64,000 nt of DNA from Nageia nagi (Eukaryota; Plantae; Pinophyta): contig JBITNC010000001.1 of assembly GCA_050084985.1 (NCBI GenBank), forward strand, positions 140,988,001 through 141,052,000. The letters run 5' to 3'. Position 1 is the stretch's first letter; each line of letters starts with the position of its first letter. Below the pieces are notes generated by a model. It saw only the letters and a list, made by a program, of their open reading frames with translations. It was not told the DNA's origin and ran no database searches. The position numbers and the translations under genes were made by a program. Below, in pieces: positions 44,376-56,670 of the stretch.

Positions 44376-45367
44376 CTAAATTGACTTATTACTTGTTAAC
44401 AATCTGAAAGGGAAGATGTAATACACGTCACATGTGTTTATAACTAAAATTTTAATTTGTTATTGTATGCATGGTTGCCTAACATGTTTGCTTACTTAAG
44501 TAATCAACAATTCTTAATTCATAAGTAAATATTACTACATTAACTTAAAAATTTTGCATTTTAACATTTTAAATATATTAACATAATTTACATTTACGAT
44601 AGCTAATTGTATGATTAATAAGACCATCTTACATTATCTCATATAAAAGGTAGAAATTTGAATTTAAATTAAGCTCCTACGATAATATAAAAAGATAATT
44701 GTTTCATCATGTATCGATAACACAACAAATTCTCTTATACAACTCAAATAAAATCTTGAACATTATAAACCTTAATCATTATGTACAAGAAGACATGAAC
44801 ATCTAACTTACGGCTACGCTGCACAATTTCATTTTTTAGATCTCACATCTTGTTAATATATTTTGGTGTCCACATTGATAGTCCTACCTAAAGCATTTAT
44901 GTTAGTATTGCTCACAATCATCAAAGTCATGCTGATGGGAAAATGTGACTGACAAAAGCCATTGGTTCCCCATAAAAGTGGCTAATCCAATGACAAAAAA
45001 CATTACCAACTCAAAAAGGTTTTAAGAAAGATATTTCAAGCTTCAAAGAAGTTACTTTCTTAAGTAACATTCTACATTTCATTTGTACTTTTCCATAATT
45101 TAATTTAAAAAATTGATCATTCCTTTCAAATTTTCACCAATCAAAAAGTCTAATATTTTTGCAATTAATAGAATAGCTGATTGTCAGACAAACAGGTGAC
45201 TGCATAAGCATGGCAAACTGGTGAATAACATGAAGATATTTGTGAAGAGGTTGTCAATTACACTAACACACAACACCTAATGAGCACAAAACTGTATAAA
45301 CAGTGTCATGCTATCATTTCCAATTGATTCAAACTCGTGAGAATGAAATACGTAGTCTTTTAACCAA

Positions 45368-45896
45368 TCAGTTTTCAGTCTCAGCATATTTCTCTAATGC
45401 AGAACGTAGTTTATGAGTTTCTTCAGATATATTTCTTTGGTCAAATAAACATGAAACAACAGCCACACCCTTCAACTTAGGTAGACGCATTCCCATAACT
45501 TCATGAGCATTGTCAGCATTGATACACCCAATTGCAACAACTGGCAATGGACTGCTCTCACAAACTCTTTGGAGACCACTCAAGCCAATAGTTTGGTTTT
45601 TCTTTGTACTGGTTGGATAAACACCACCAGACCCGATGTAATCTGCACCCTCCTCCCAAGCTTTTCGAGCTTGCTCTGGAGTTTTGCATGACGCTCCAAT
45701 GATTTTGTTAGGTCCAAGAAGAGCTCTAGCAACTTTCACCGGCATGTCTGATTGCCCAAGGTGGACTCCATCTGCATTGCAAGCAAGTGCCACATCTACA
45801 CGGTCATTTATCAACAGAGGTACTCCGTGTGTCCTTGAGACTTCCAGACATTTCTCAGCTGCATTTAGGATCTCTTTGGTTTCGGAGTCTTTTTCT
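45368..45896 (-). CDS. TH1: Thiamine biosynthetic bifunctional enzyme TH1, last exon (thiamine-phosphate synthase domain)
   Basis: Acceptor TTTGCAG at 45897; REKD...LLINDRVDVALACNADGVHLGQSD...GADYIGSGGVYPTSTK...PVVAIG; stop at 45368. Confidence 0.96.
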
Positions 45897-46000
45897 CTGC
45901 AAACCAAAAGCCTAAAAGATTAACCTGAATTTTAATTCTAGCTCTAGAATAAAACCCCACATAAGAATTAATAATTTAAGGATACTGTCAAAAAAAAAAC

Positions 46001-46254
46001 CTCAATTGCACTATTGTTGCTCCCCCTTTAATAGCAGCTTTGACAGCATCTGAGATAGAACGACCCCACCTCTTATTCATTCCAGAATCTGTCACTGCAT
46101 ATAAAAGAAGATCATTTGGCTTTAATCTTCTTTCAATAGGGATAGTTTTTGGATCAGCCAACTTGAAGAGGTGATTGAAAGGTCCTTGAGGTCCATTGCC
46201 AATCAGGAACCCTCGACTATATTCAAGAGCTTCTTCAATGAAACGTTTAGCTGC
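46001..46254 (-). CDS. TH1: TH1 exon (end of HMP-P kinase, linker, start of ThiE domain)
   Basis: AG/GT bounded, 254 bp, phase compatible; [13 protein letters not shown]...GPQGPFNH...[16 protein letters not shown]...GGATIVQLR. Confidence 0.96.
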
Positions 46255-46315
46255 CTGCAAAACTATAATCAATAATTAAAATTTGCAGAATAAAAATGTA
46301 TTGATTCAATTAAAT

Positions 46316-46860
46316 TTAACATTCATATTTACCAGTGGGATATCCTAATCAAGACAAAACAATGGTTGAAACTTGAAAACTTATATGGCTGTATCTGATC
46401 TAGTTTCTCTTATGTTGATGGATATGTTGGTAATACATTTTTGTTCAGGAGGTTTTGCCCACTATGAAAAATGTTACACGTGATTAATTCAAAACTGGAA
46501 AACGATGCCAATGTCAAATTTCATAAAAGTGGATAGATGACTTGTCACAGAAGGGTGGTTATTGAATTCAGGTTATACTTCTATACTTAACATTCATATT
46601 TACCGTTGGGATGTCCTAATCAAGACAAAACAATGGTTGAAACTTGAAAAACTTATATGGCTGTATCTGATCTAGTTTCTCTTATGTTGATGGATATGTT
46701 GGTAATACACTTCTGTTCAGAAGGTTTTGCCCACTATGAAGAATGTTACATGTGATTAATTCTAAACTGAAAAACAACGCCAATGTCAAATTTGATAGAA
46801 GTGGATACATGACTTGTCATGGTATAGTGGTTATTGAATTCAGGTTATACTTCTATACTT
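46316..46860. repeat. ~272-bp tandem duplication in a TH1 intron
   Basis: TTAACATTCATATTTACC...GGTTATACTTCTATACTT present twice back to back (about 46316 and 46587) with high identity. Confidence 0.95.
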
Positions 46861-48075
46861 CATTAGACAGACTAGCCACATAATTGGTTCCATCAGGTTT
46901 CAGGCTACCCATTTGGCTCTGTATACAGATTTGTTATTTTCTACTCCTTAAACTTTCATTTTATCAGTTCAGGTCGACAATTTGCTTATTGAGTAACTAT
47001 TTTACCGCTTAAGATATTCATTTCACCAGAGTACATATTTCCTTATGGCTTTGAGAGGTTGATAGTTCTGCTACAAGGACCCTATAAAAAGGGTTAAAGG
47101 TCAAAGAATGATGCCATTCTTTTTCAATTCATTAGCAAAGAAACTACCCACATAAAGCCAAAATGAGCAGAGTATATTTATGTTGTAGATATTAGTAATG
47201 ATTATTCCACCAAATATTGGAGTCTGTATGTTATGTGTGGATCATCACAATCATTTTCTGTAGACTGCTATTAGATATATGAGAACTCCAGACATAGGTC
47301 AAAATTGCTTACAAACTGGCATCAGCCCAATTTTTGACTCAAAAGGAGAGTACATAAATAGAAACGTTAGTGCCACATCTTCTGAATGGAAAGTATATTC
47401 TTATTCTACCATTACCAAGTATAGAGTTGGTATTATTTGCCCTTCTCCTCCTTTTTGCCAGATACACTGCTTTTTAGTAAGCCTTTGTTTTCTTGAGCAA
47501 GTCCAAACTGATTTCAAGTATGATTAATGACAGGCCTGCGTTAGCTCCATGATCAAAAGTATTGTATTAGTTTGGAAATAAGAGTAAATACATTGCAAAA
47601 AGACTTTACGTATTTACCTTCTTAGGTGACCCTTGAGATCCCTCAAGAACTCTTCATATTCTCTAACTTATGACACTTAGAATTCCACTCTACTCTAAGC
47701 TACAAATTTATTAAATATAGTAAATAATATTAGTACATTACAAATACCATAATCCCTAAGGATTAGGTGTCTAACAATTAACTGCTGTTTTACGAAGTCA
47801 TTACAGATGGAATCAGATAACAATTTGGGTAGTTTTTAGCTTGTTTGACTCTAAAACCTTGCTTGAAACTTCTCAGCAGGAAAGAACACGTTTAAGTGCA
47901 GATTATTGTGAATAAATCCTGTGCCTAAAAAGTTATGTTATTCATTACAACGAGTACAATGTTTCTTTTTTAAGTCCATGGTAGAGTAATATTTCTGGTT
48001 CCAGCTAGATGCAAGAACATTTACTTATTCACTCTTGGATTTCTAACACATGACCCTCTTTGATGCAAATGAATT

Positions 48076-48219
48076 TCTTACAATATGTCCACTTAAATAA
48101 TATTCTGGTCTTACAATATGTCCATCACTTAAATAATATTCAAGTCTTACAATATGTCCATCACTTAAATAATATTCAAGTCTTACAATATGTCCATCAC
48201 TTAAATAATATTCAAGTCT
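48076..48219. repeat. 36-bp minisatellite x4 in a TH1 intron
   Basis: TCTTACAATATGTCCATCACTTAAATAATATTCAAG; first copy is 33 bp. Confidence 0.95.
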
Positions 48220-48647
48220 CACATATTGAGGATTGACAATATTCTTTTATTATCAAAAAGATTTCCATTTAAAAGATAATATGCTTTAACATTGTCGACC
48301 TAAGATCTGCAATTCAGGATGCTTAGGAAACTAAAAACTAAGACTAGAAAATTGCCTTCTACATATTAAAATATTAATTAAAACTTACAAACTAATGGAA
48401 AGATTCCTTCAGCTATTAAGATATAACAAGTAATCAAACTTGTACCACAATGTAGCACAAAATATGGATTGAATGCAAATTTCCGACATTATCTTGCGTC
48501 ACAAGGTTGAAATTCTTTTGGATAAATATAACACAATTGCAGTTCATAAACAGATACGGCATAATTGAAGCCAAGATAGCAATTTCATTCCCTTTGCCAA
48601 TGCCAATAAGGATGAATCATAAGACTCAAAAAGATTGGCATATTTAC

Positions 48648-48775
48648 CACTACAGCTGGAAGCATCTGAGAACCCTTAGCAAGTTCAGCTGCAATGCACG
48701 AAGCCAAAGAACAACCTGTCCCATGAGTATTGCGAGTCTCAATACGGGGTCCCCTTAGTTCATGATATGTTTCTC
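48648..48775 (-). CDS. TH1: TH1 exon (HMP-P kinase domain, anion-hole motif)
   Basis: TGCAG|GAGAA...GTAGTG|GTAAAT; translates [42 protein letters not shown]; not in the ORF track. Confidence 0.96.
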
Positions 48776-48993
48776 CTGCAAAGATATGTCAATAAAGTCT
48801 AATATAATTTCTTTTTATAAAGAAACAACAAAGCTCAAACAAACAAAAATAGAAACACCAATTTTGAGATTAAGACCACTGTTAACCAAGTTTGAAATGG
48901 CAAACATGCCTCCTAACATGTACCGTTGGTATTCTTCGTAGATGTAAATCTTTCCAAAGTTTTCAAATAAACAAACAAGAATACTTCAATTAC

Positions 48994-49058
48994 CATCATA
49001 GAGGATGTCAATAACATCTCCACCAGACTGCAAGTGACCCCCCTTTATAAGCACATAC
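48994..49058 (-). CDS. TH1: TH1 exon (HMP-P kinase domain)
   Basis: TTCAG|G TAT...GAT G|GTAAT; YVLIKGGHLQSGGDVIDILYD; phases join the next exon in frame. Confidence 0.94.
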
Positions 49059-50721
49059 CTGAACCAGTAAAGCAAATTTTTTGGAAGTTCAACCTCATTA
49101 CTCAAAGCGTGCAACAGAATGAATCTGAATCTGGTAGTGACCCAATAATTGAAAAACCCAGAGTTCATACACGAGAAGTTAAAAACATTAAGGTTGAGAG
49201 TTTTCAGCTCTACTAAAGCAGATCTTCAGTTTAAGCTACTCCAAACTGGCACTGGATAATAATAAAGAAACATAAAAAATGGGAACTTCCTGTGTTTCCT
49301 TGCCTCAGACTTGGTGACACGTATTATAAAAGGAGTGTCGGTGCCATAGTACACAAATTTTCTTATGAAGTGTATTTACAAATATTTCAACATTTTTAAG
49401 AAACATTTTATGTGTCAAAATCAATCATTTAGTAGAGAAAAGAGCTTCACTCATACACAGCAATAATTGAAGATCTGTCTTCCCCCTTGGCCACTGACTG
49501 TTACAGGACCAGCTTTCAACCTGATAAATTAAAACAATATAATACTGTTATGAAGGAGTTAGTATGCACAAGCAACACCTAAATGCATAACTACGAAAGA
49601 GGCAACCTTTCAGGTGGCATGTACACCAAAAACACCCAACAGGTTCTCTTTGGAAGGTTTTTGATGACTATAATCTGGTATTACAAGGCCTATGGAAAGA
49701 CTCCAACGCCTGAGTGGTAGGGCGTGACCCCTACCCGCTATGAGGTCTATTTACCCCAAAGGTTTGAAAGTGAAGGGTGCAAGAGATCACATAGGTGATT
49801 TGGTGGAAATGTTTAAAGCTGTTACCAACTCAAATAACATTTGTTAACCAAGGACTCGAAGGGTCCCCGATCTAGAAATAGTTGTTTCTCAAAAAAAAGG
49901 GTAAAAGAGAAAAGATTTGTTGTGAAAGCCACGCAAAAGAAATGAAAAATAAAGAAAAGAGGTTGTGAGAAGACGGTGATATATGAATTCAGCTCTAGGG
50001 GCAATATTCTCACTGACTAGTATGGGTTTCTAAGACTAGACTCGTACGGGTTTGGCCCAAGTTCCACGCACTCCGAATCCGACTTAGAAGGCACCAACAC
50101 GAGTGTCCTAACAAGGATATGATGTTGGTAGAACTCAAATAGGGAGTGAAGTTCCTAGATTAAACGACATATACGAGTCATCTCAAAACATACTAGTCCA
50201 ATGTGCAAACTATGAAACGTCACAACCATACACTACTTGAAATGTTTCAAAAGATTTGCAGGCACTCTTTTGTCCACCTTAGTAAGATTTACAAAATGCT
50301 CCAAACACTCAAGATAGCATAGAGATGTAACACACATTCACATCTATAGTTCCAAATGAAAATATGCTCACTTCAATTACTTGAAATTATATCACAATTA
50401 CAAAATAGGTAAACTTGCAAGTTTGAAAATATTGTGTAAGCAGCCCAATTTGCAAAATGTCTAATTATCTACAAATGAATCAAAATGGGGTATTTGTAGT
50501 TTTAGGAGCAACCAACAATGTTGCCCTAACCCTAATCACAAGTATCAAGAAATAACATATGGTCCAACCAAAATATGCCACATGGCATTACAAAATTTCT
50601 TCTAAACTCGTGGGAGCAAATCCTCATCCTTCACGAGTTTGGGAATAAAATATTATTAAAAATGTCTAGCTATAAAATAAAACTTTTAACGAAAATAAAC
50701 TAAACTAATCCGAAAAAACAA

Positions 50722-53700
50722 TTAGACCAATGGTGGGCTCAAGCCCACAACTCGATCCTCAAAATCGTCAGTTAGGAAACTTGTCGTAAGCTCTACTTCG
50801 CGCAACATCTCCGAGAACTTCGGCCTGTTAATAGCAACACTGTCCTCGACCTCATCCACCAGCTTCTGCATCTCAACCTTCCACACATGAGCTCGTAGCA
50901 TATGCCTCAAATGACTCCCCGATTGGTAAGAATTGATGTCCTTTGTCATCATTAGGCTATGAAGAAGGTTTTTGACCTCTGCCACTACCTCATCGGCCTC
51001 CCAAATGGTGGTGTTCTCTTCCAAGAACTGTACCTAAAAGTCCATCTACTCAATACATGAATGGGCTCTATCATTGATCATGGCCACCTCGTTCTTGGTC
51101 TCCTGGAAGCGGGTGAGCACTTGACTATTGACACCCCAATAGAACCAATAATCCTCACAAAACTTGGTATCCTCGAGCCTTTGAGCCTGTGTTGCCTCAA
51201 ATCTCAGTATCATGCATTTGCGAGAGTCCAAAATCTCGTACAATCTAACCCTTTCAGTGACAAAATATTTCAACTTATCTTCTCCGATTGAAATCTTGTG
51301 AAGGGCCTCAACAAACTTCCTCACTACTGCTAAGACATCGTCCATCACTTCTTGTTTTACTGTCACCATGCCTTCTTTGAGGGGTCTCACCTTCGTAAGT
51401 TCTTCTGTAGGCAATATTGCTAACTCCTTCCTCAAGCTCACGAGTCAGTCTTTTCTGAGTAGCTAACTCCTTCCTCAAGCTCTTTATCTCTTTCCTTCAG
51501 TAGCCCATCCTTGGCGATTGCCTCGGTGTTCAAGATGATCATGTGTTTCCTGCCGACCGTGCCAATGGGGCCTATGTGAATGATCTAATTGATTTGCTTC
51601 AAGTCTCTGGGGCACTAGGGGTTATCCTTGTCAGCCACTATAGTCTTAATGCAAACTGCATTATCAGTCATGTGTACATAATTCTGACTCTTCCCCAGTT
51701 GAGTAGAACTCTCCCCAATCTAATCATCAGCTCCTCTGGCTCTGAACTCCTCTCCAACATCCATGTTAAAGACGTCAAGGCACTCCTCCATATCCACACC
51801 CCACTCATGAGTAGGCAAAGGCTAATCGGTTTCTACTACTACTTCGGCAATGGCAATGGCATTTTCCTTGAATTTCTTCAAGGGCCTCCCTCCTTGTTCT
51901 ACAATGTCGTCGGATGTCCCCGATAATTTGGACTAAGATCCCCTCTTCAATTGCACTCTCATTGGTATGGACTCAGGAGTTGGATCTTTGTTTTTCCCCC
52001 GAGATGTTGAAGGCTCCGAAATGTCATGGTTGTGGACCTCCTTCAATATCTCAAGAGACAGCTCTTCATCTTGGGCATATTGAATATTGTCTCTGGAACC
52101 AGTACTAGCCGCGTGCCCGTTCTCTGGCTCTTCATCAGATTCATCTTCAGGTATGCTCTCATATTCCCCTTCTGCAAGCATGCTCTGAAGATCATTGCCT
52201 TCCTGCTCACCTACTTGTTCTCTCTTAGGGGTGTTGTCAGGTTCGTATAAGTGACCTGAAGATTCTGATCCTGAAGGTGGGACGGTCTGAGATGGGCATG
52301 ACACTACTGTTCTTGGTGACCTTTGGGGTGGCGACAAATCTGCTTCTCTGTTCCTCACACATCTCACCACCTTGTTGGTTGCCACACGCTCTAATTCCCT
52401 CGCATCATGTTCATCAACTATATCTCTAACCTGCTGCACTACCTGTTCAACTAGATTCTTTTCATGCATGGATGCATACTATCCAACGGGCTCCTTAATT
52501 GTCGGTGGAAAGTGACTCTAGAGGTAGATTCTTGTGGCTTCTTTCCCCGAGGCTAAGACAACTTCTTAAAAATAGATGCCTTCACTTCCCATTGTTGATT
52601 ATGAGCCTCTTCTTGCATCTTGGCCCGGATCTTCTTCACTTCCACTTCAATGTTGATGTTTCAAAATGACTCCTCGTCTTTAAGTAGCCTATGCTCATAG
52701 GCCTTCTTCCTTTCCTTCATGTAGAAGTCATGGATTCGGTGCTCAAGATCATAGTGGGTGGCGGTTGGCATCTTGTTGAAGTTGTACCTTCCCAACTCCT
52801 CTATCATGGAATTCATGTCCACCCATGCTGTGAACTGATACTCTCCCACTATGATCGGAAAAGTGGAAGTGGTTGACTTCTTTTGCCAAATGTGTTCATG
52901 CAAGTAGATTAACTGCCTCATCATCTCCATCAGAAGCATCCTGTTGCTCACATACCGGGGCAATTGATATGGCTCCACGGCTGATCCATAGAGGCGAATG
53001 TAGGAGTAATGTTGGTGATGGATGGAGAAGTCTCCATGCTTCCTCAACGCATCCTAGGCTAAGTTTGACATCCTAGCAATAGTGATTTCTCCTTAAGCTC
53101 CTTGTAGTTCTCATATTCCCATCCATCACTCTTCATTGCAAAGTTCTCCCATCTCCTCTCGATCTTCCACTTAGGGCAGCATTTCCATATGGCATATACT
53201 CCTTTCTCAATCAAGTTCACCTTCCCTAAAACTATAGGCCTCCGCTTGTCGTGAAGTAGCAAGTACATCAAATAAGAATTGAGGTAGAATTTGCGTATGG
53301 TTCCCACTAATGACAGCTGGTCCATGATGCTATCACTCAACACCTTACTCCACTTGATCTTCTTCCCTTTGGCTACTCCACGATGAAACCAAAGAACTCC
53401 TTCCGGAATTTGGACACATCCTCCTTCCCAAGAACCCTTGACAACATGAGGATCATTAATTCCACGAAGGGATAGAAGTGAGAGCGAAAGGCATTGATGA
53501 GTGTGTTGCCCTTTAGGCCATGGTATTCATCTAGCATCTAGCTCTTGATTGTCAAGGCTGCCCTATTTGTGTCTTGATAGCATGCCAACGACTTTTCCTC
53601 CGTATACTCAAAGTCGCCCTTTGAAGTCCATTGAAATGTTGTCTTGATGGCTTCAAGGCTGAATTCCATGATGATATTGCCTTTGATGTCAGGGAGCACT

Positions 53701-54044
53701 CTCTCACCCTTCTTCCAATGCTGACCAATCTCCAAGCACAACTCTGGGAATGGAGTTGTGGACAGGATGAAGGTGCAAGTTGAGAGGCCAGAGAAGAAGA
53801 CAATATCTTGTTTCAACTCGTTGATTAACATGTTCCTGATCTTCTCCCTCATCTGCATTCAATCCACCTTTTGCCAATTTGTGTCTCCAATGGTGGCCAA
53901 TCCATTCTTGGAGAATTTAGCCCCTTGTGGCAAGGGGTCTTGCCTCTCACAAATGGTGATGATACAATCTTGTCTCAAGGTCCCTTGCGAAATCCGAAGC
54001 CGAGTTTCCCTTGGAGGAAGTCATGATGTTCTAGCTTGCAACAT
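50722..54044 (-). pseudogene. Retrotransposon extra ORF (~1100 codons, disrupted): globular N-terminal domain, acidic linker, helical C-terminus
   Basis: Chain of minus ORFs 53538-53858, 53059-53343, 52661-53047, 51933-52469, 51046-51441, 50722-51024; inferred start MLQARTS at 54044; motifs IGDTNW, FPELCLEI, KFYLNSYLMYL, SYIRLYG..PYQLPRYV; no gag/pol motifs. Confidence 0.75.
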
Positions 54045-54244
54045 TGCTCCTCAAGGGTAGTGTGTGGGTTTCTAGGTGGAGAAGACACCCACTGTGGAGT
54101 AGCTTGCCTCCCAAGTGCTTGCACAAGCCCTAGGGTGCATGAATGATGAAGTTTGTGAGCAAAAATCTGCAATTTGCTACTATCCTAGCGCAAGAGTGGA
54201 AGAGGAGCAAGTTTGAGTTTGAATAAAATGAAGTCCTAAGCTTG

Positions 54245-54252
54245 TATTTATA
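54245..54252 (-). promoter_or_regulatory. Putative TATA box of the extra ORF
   Basis: GGCTATAAATACAAG on minus, ~200 bp upstream of the inferred ATG, followed by a pyrimidine-rich leader. Confidence 0.6.
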
Positions 54253-54394
54253 GCCCAGACTAGCTCCCAGTTAACCCTAGTCGGCTAAATCTTAGTCCTC
54301 CATCTGGTCGACCTCGAGATGTGTGCCAATGAAAAATTCCATGTTAAGCCAATTGGGACCTAATGTTGGGGTTTTAAGGGTTAGCCTAGCTTGT

Positions 54395-55344
54395 CGCATG
54401 ATAAAAAAGACAAGATGGTGTCTTTTTGAACCATGCGTAAACCTTGGGGGTGTTTATGCTCCCAACGTTGGATCTCTTGTTTTGTTGCTTGGTTACCTTG
54501 ATCACAAAACCCACCTATTAACCTGCTTTTTGGTCTTTCTAGAGCCCAGCCTTGTCAAATTCGACCTTTCACCTCAAACTAGGCTCTCCTCAAACCTAGC
54601 GCATGATTCCAAAAGTCATTTTTGATTTTTTGAGGCATGTGCTAGCCTCTCTTGCCTGTCCAGCTTGGTCGCATGAAAAAACAAGACAAGATTGTGTCTT
54701 TTTGAACCATGCGCCAACCTCCAGATGGCCAAATTTTCATGTTTCTAGCTTAAGTGTTCGTGCCTTTGCCAAAATCTTCATCCTTGTTCAATCCTGGAGG
54801 CTTCCTGGGTTTGGTGCATGCCTCAAAAAGTCAAAAATTTGTCTTTTGAGATCATGCGCAGCCCTCCTGGGTGAGCTTGATCGGACCTTGAGGTTTTGGG
54901 CTTCATGACTTGTCCATTTTTTCCTGTTTGCTCAAACTGGCAGCCCTTCCAAGCTTGGTGAATGGTTTAAAAAGACAAGATTTTGTCTTTTTGAGGCATG
55001 TGCCAGCCTCCTGGGTGCCTAAGGTTCACTTCTCAACTCCCAAACTTGCTCAGTTCCTCCTCCTGGCCAAGTCGCATGGTTCAAAAAGACAAGATTTTGT
55101 TTTTTGAAACCATGTGCCAGCCTTGTTGTACCTTTGCCTTGGACTTCTCGTGCTCCATTTCATTCCAGCCTGCTTCTTATGCTTGGCGCATGCCCAGAAA
55201 AGACAAGATTTTGTCTCCTAGAGGCATGCGCTAGGCTTGCAAGTACCCCAAATTGTTTTTCTGAGTCTCACTTCCAATTCGGACGGCCTCCAGACCCAAT
55301 CGCATGATTTCAAAAGACAAGATTTTGACTTTTTGAACCATGCG
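54395..55344. repeat. Array 1 of ~44-bp palindromes with non-repetitive spacers (8 units)
   Basis: Units start at 54395, 54600, 54670, 54815, 54959, 55073, 55187 and 55301; consensus CGCATGGTTCAAAAAGACAAGATTTTGTCTTTTTGA(A/G)(C/G)CATGCG. Confidence 0.95.
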
Positions 55345-56116
55345 TTGCCCTTGGAGATGCCTAGTTTGAATTGATTGGGCCCTGACGCTTCCTAAACTCC
55401 CTGGTTGACCTAAGGTCGACTTTACACTTTCTAGACTTTAGTCACTTTTTGAGAATTTCAAAATTTCTAACTTGGTTTGGCTAACCTTAGACGAAGAATG
55501 AGGCTTGAAACCAAAGAGGGCTTGTCCGTGAATCTGGGTTTTTGCGGCACAACTTGGGTGGGGCAAGACGACAACAAACTAAGTATATACATGACACGTT
55601 GAGGATCCCCAAATTTGTGTTTTAGTCACAATAGAACCCACTCAAAGGTCAACACTATTTATGTTTCTCGCCATCAATAACTTTGATGGCTCACATTAGA
55701 TTTCAGACTAAGTTACTAGGTTTGTGTTCGTGTTCAACAAGTTTGAATTTCAAAATAAATTTGATAGGCAGTGAAGTTTGAAAAAAAATTCGACATAAAA
55801 TTTGAGAAAGTAAATACATGCTAATTTCTAAAATATTATAAAATTACAGAAATATTGAAATGTTTAAAACCTTAAATATAAAATATTAACTAGTAAATAG
55901 TAAAATATTTAAAATATTAAATATTGAAACATTAAATATTAAATATTAAAATATTAAATGTTAAAATATTAAATATTTTAAATATTGAAGTTGAATCGAA
56001 CTTATAATTATGTTTTTTTTGCTGCTGCTGGAATTGGGAGAATAAGGCAGCAGTCTTAGGACCAGCTATTGTACGACTTCTTGGAGAGCTTGGTGGGTCA
56101 AGCTCTCCCTCTCTAG

Positions 56117-56670
56117 AAGACATTTTCTTATCTTATTGCAAATGCAACTTTAAAGATGTCTTTTCTTATCCTAAAAAAGAAGTAACCCTGAAGATGTCTA
56201 TTCTTATCCTACTACAGAAATAATCTTGAACATATTTCTTCTTATCCTACAGTAGAAACAATCCTGAAGATGTATTTTTTCATTTTATAATAGGGACTAT
56301 CTTAAAGATATATGTTCCTAATCTGCTAATAAAATTTGAAATTGAAGACATCCAAAAATCTAAAAGAAAATATTCATTACAAAGAAAAAATACTTTGATA
56401 TGAATACCCATTACAGAGTAATTTTGAAAAAATCTTTCAATACCCATTACAGAGTAATTATGAAAAATACTTCAATACTTATTGTAACGTAATTTGGAAA
56501 ACACTTCATCACCCATTTCGAAGTAATTCTGAAGAACATTTCAACACTCATTACAAAGTAAATCCTTAAAAAAACTTCAATGCCCATTACAGAGTAACTC
56601 CGAAATCAATAAGTATTATAGAACAATTCAAAAGAAATACTCCAATACCCATTAGAGAGTAATTCAGAAT
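56117..56670. repeat. Two adjacent degenerate minisatellites (~38-bp unit, then ~35-bp unit)
   Basis: GAAGATGTCT.TTCTTATCCTA about 6 times (56117-56325); CAATACCCATTACAGAGTAATT about 8 times (56400-56670). Confidence 0.85.

Larger units (their letters stand above)
49546..55633 (-). mobile_element. ~6.1-kb LTR-like unit containing a palindrome array, an internal promoter and a large extra ORF
   Basis: Right end TTTTAGTCACAATA is shared with 59677. 49700-50570 is homologous to the PBS-adjacent LTR at 63023-64000. Left end TGTTATG is tentative; no TSD found. Confidence 0.6.

Noticed and set aside
44900-45367. TPP riboswitch in the TH1 3' UTR
   Set aside because: No CTGAGA or ACCTGA...TAATGC..GCG.AGGGA core seen on the minus strand; plant TPP riboswitches are known from THIC and some THI1 genes
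49420-49522. Additional TH1 exon after an ATCAG acceptor-like site
   Set aside because: The frames I read do not resemble the expected kinase segment and hit stops
51543-55307. Plus-strand ORFs over the extra ORF and the array (e.g. RQDFVF repeats)
   Set aside because: Antisense shadows of the minus-strand ORF or translations of the palindromes
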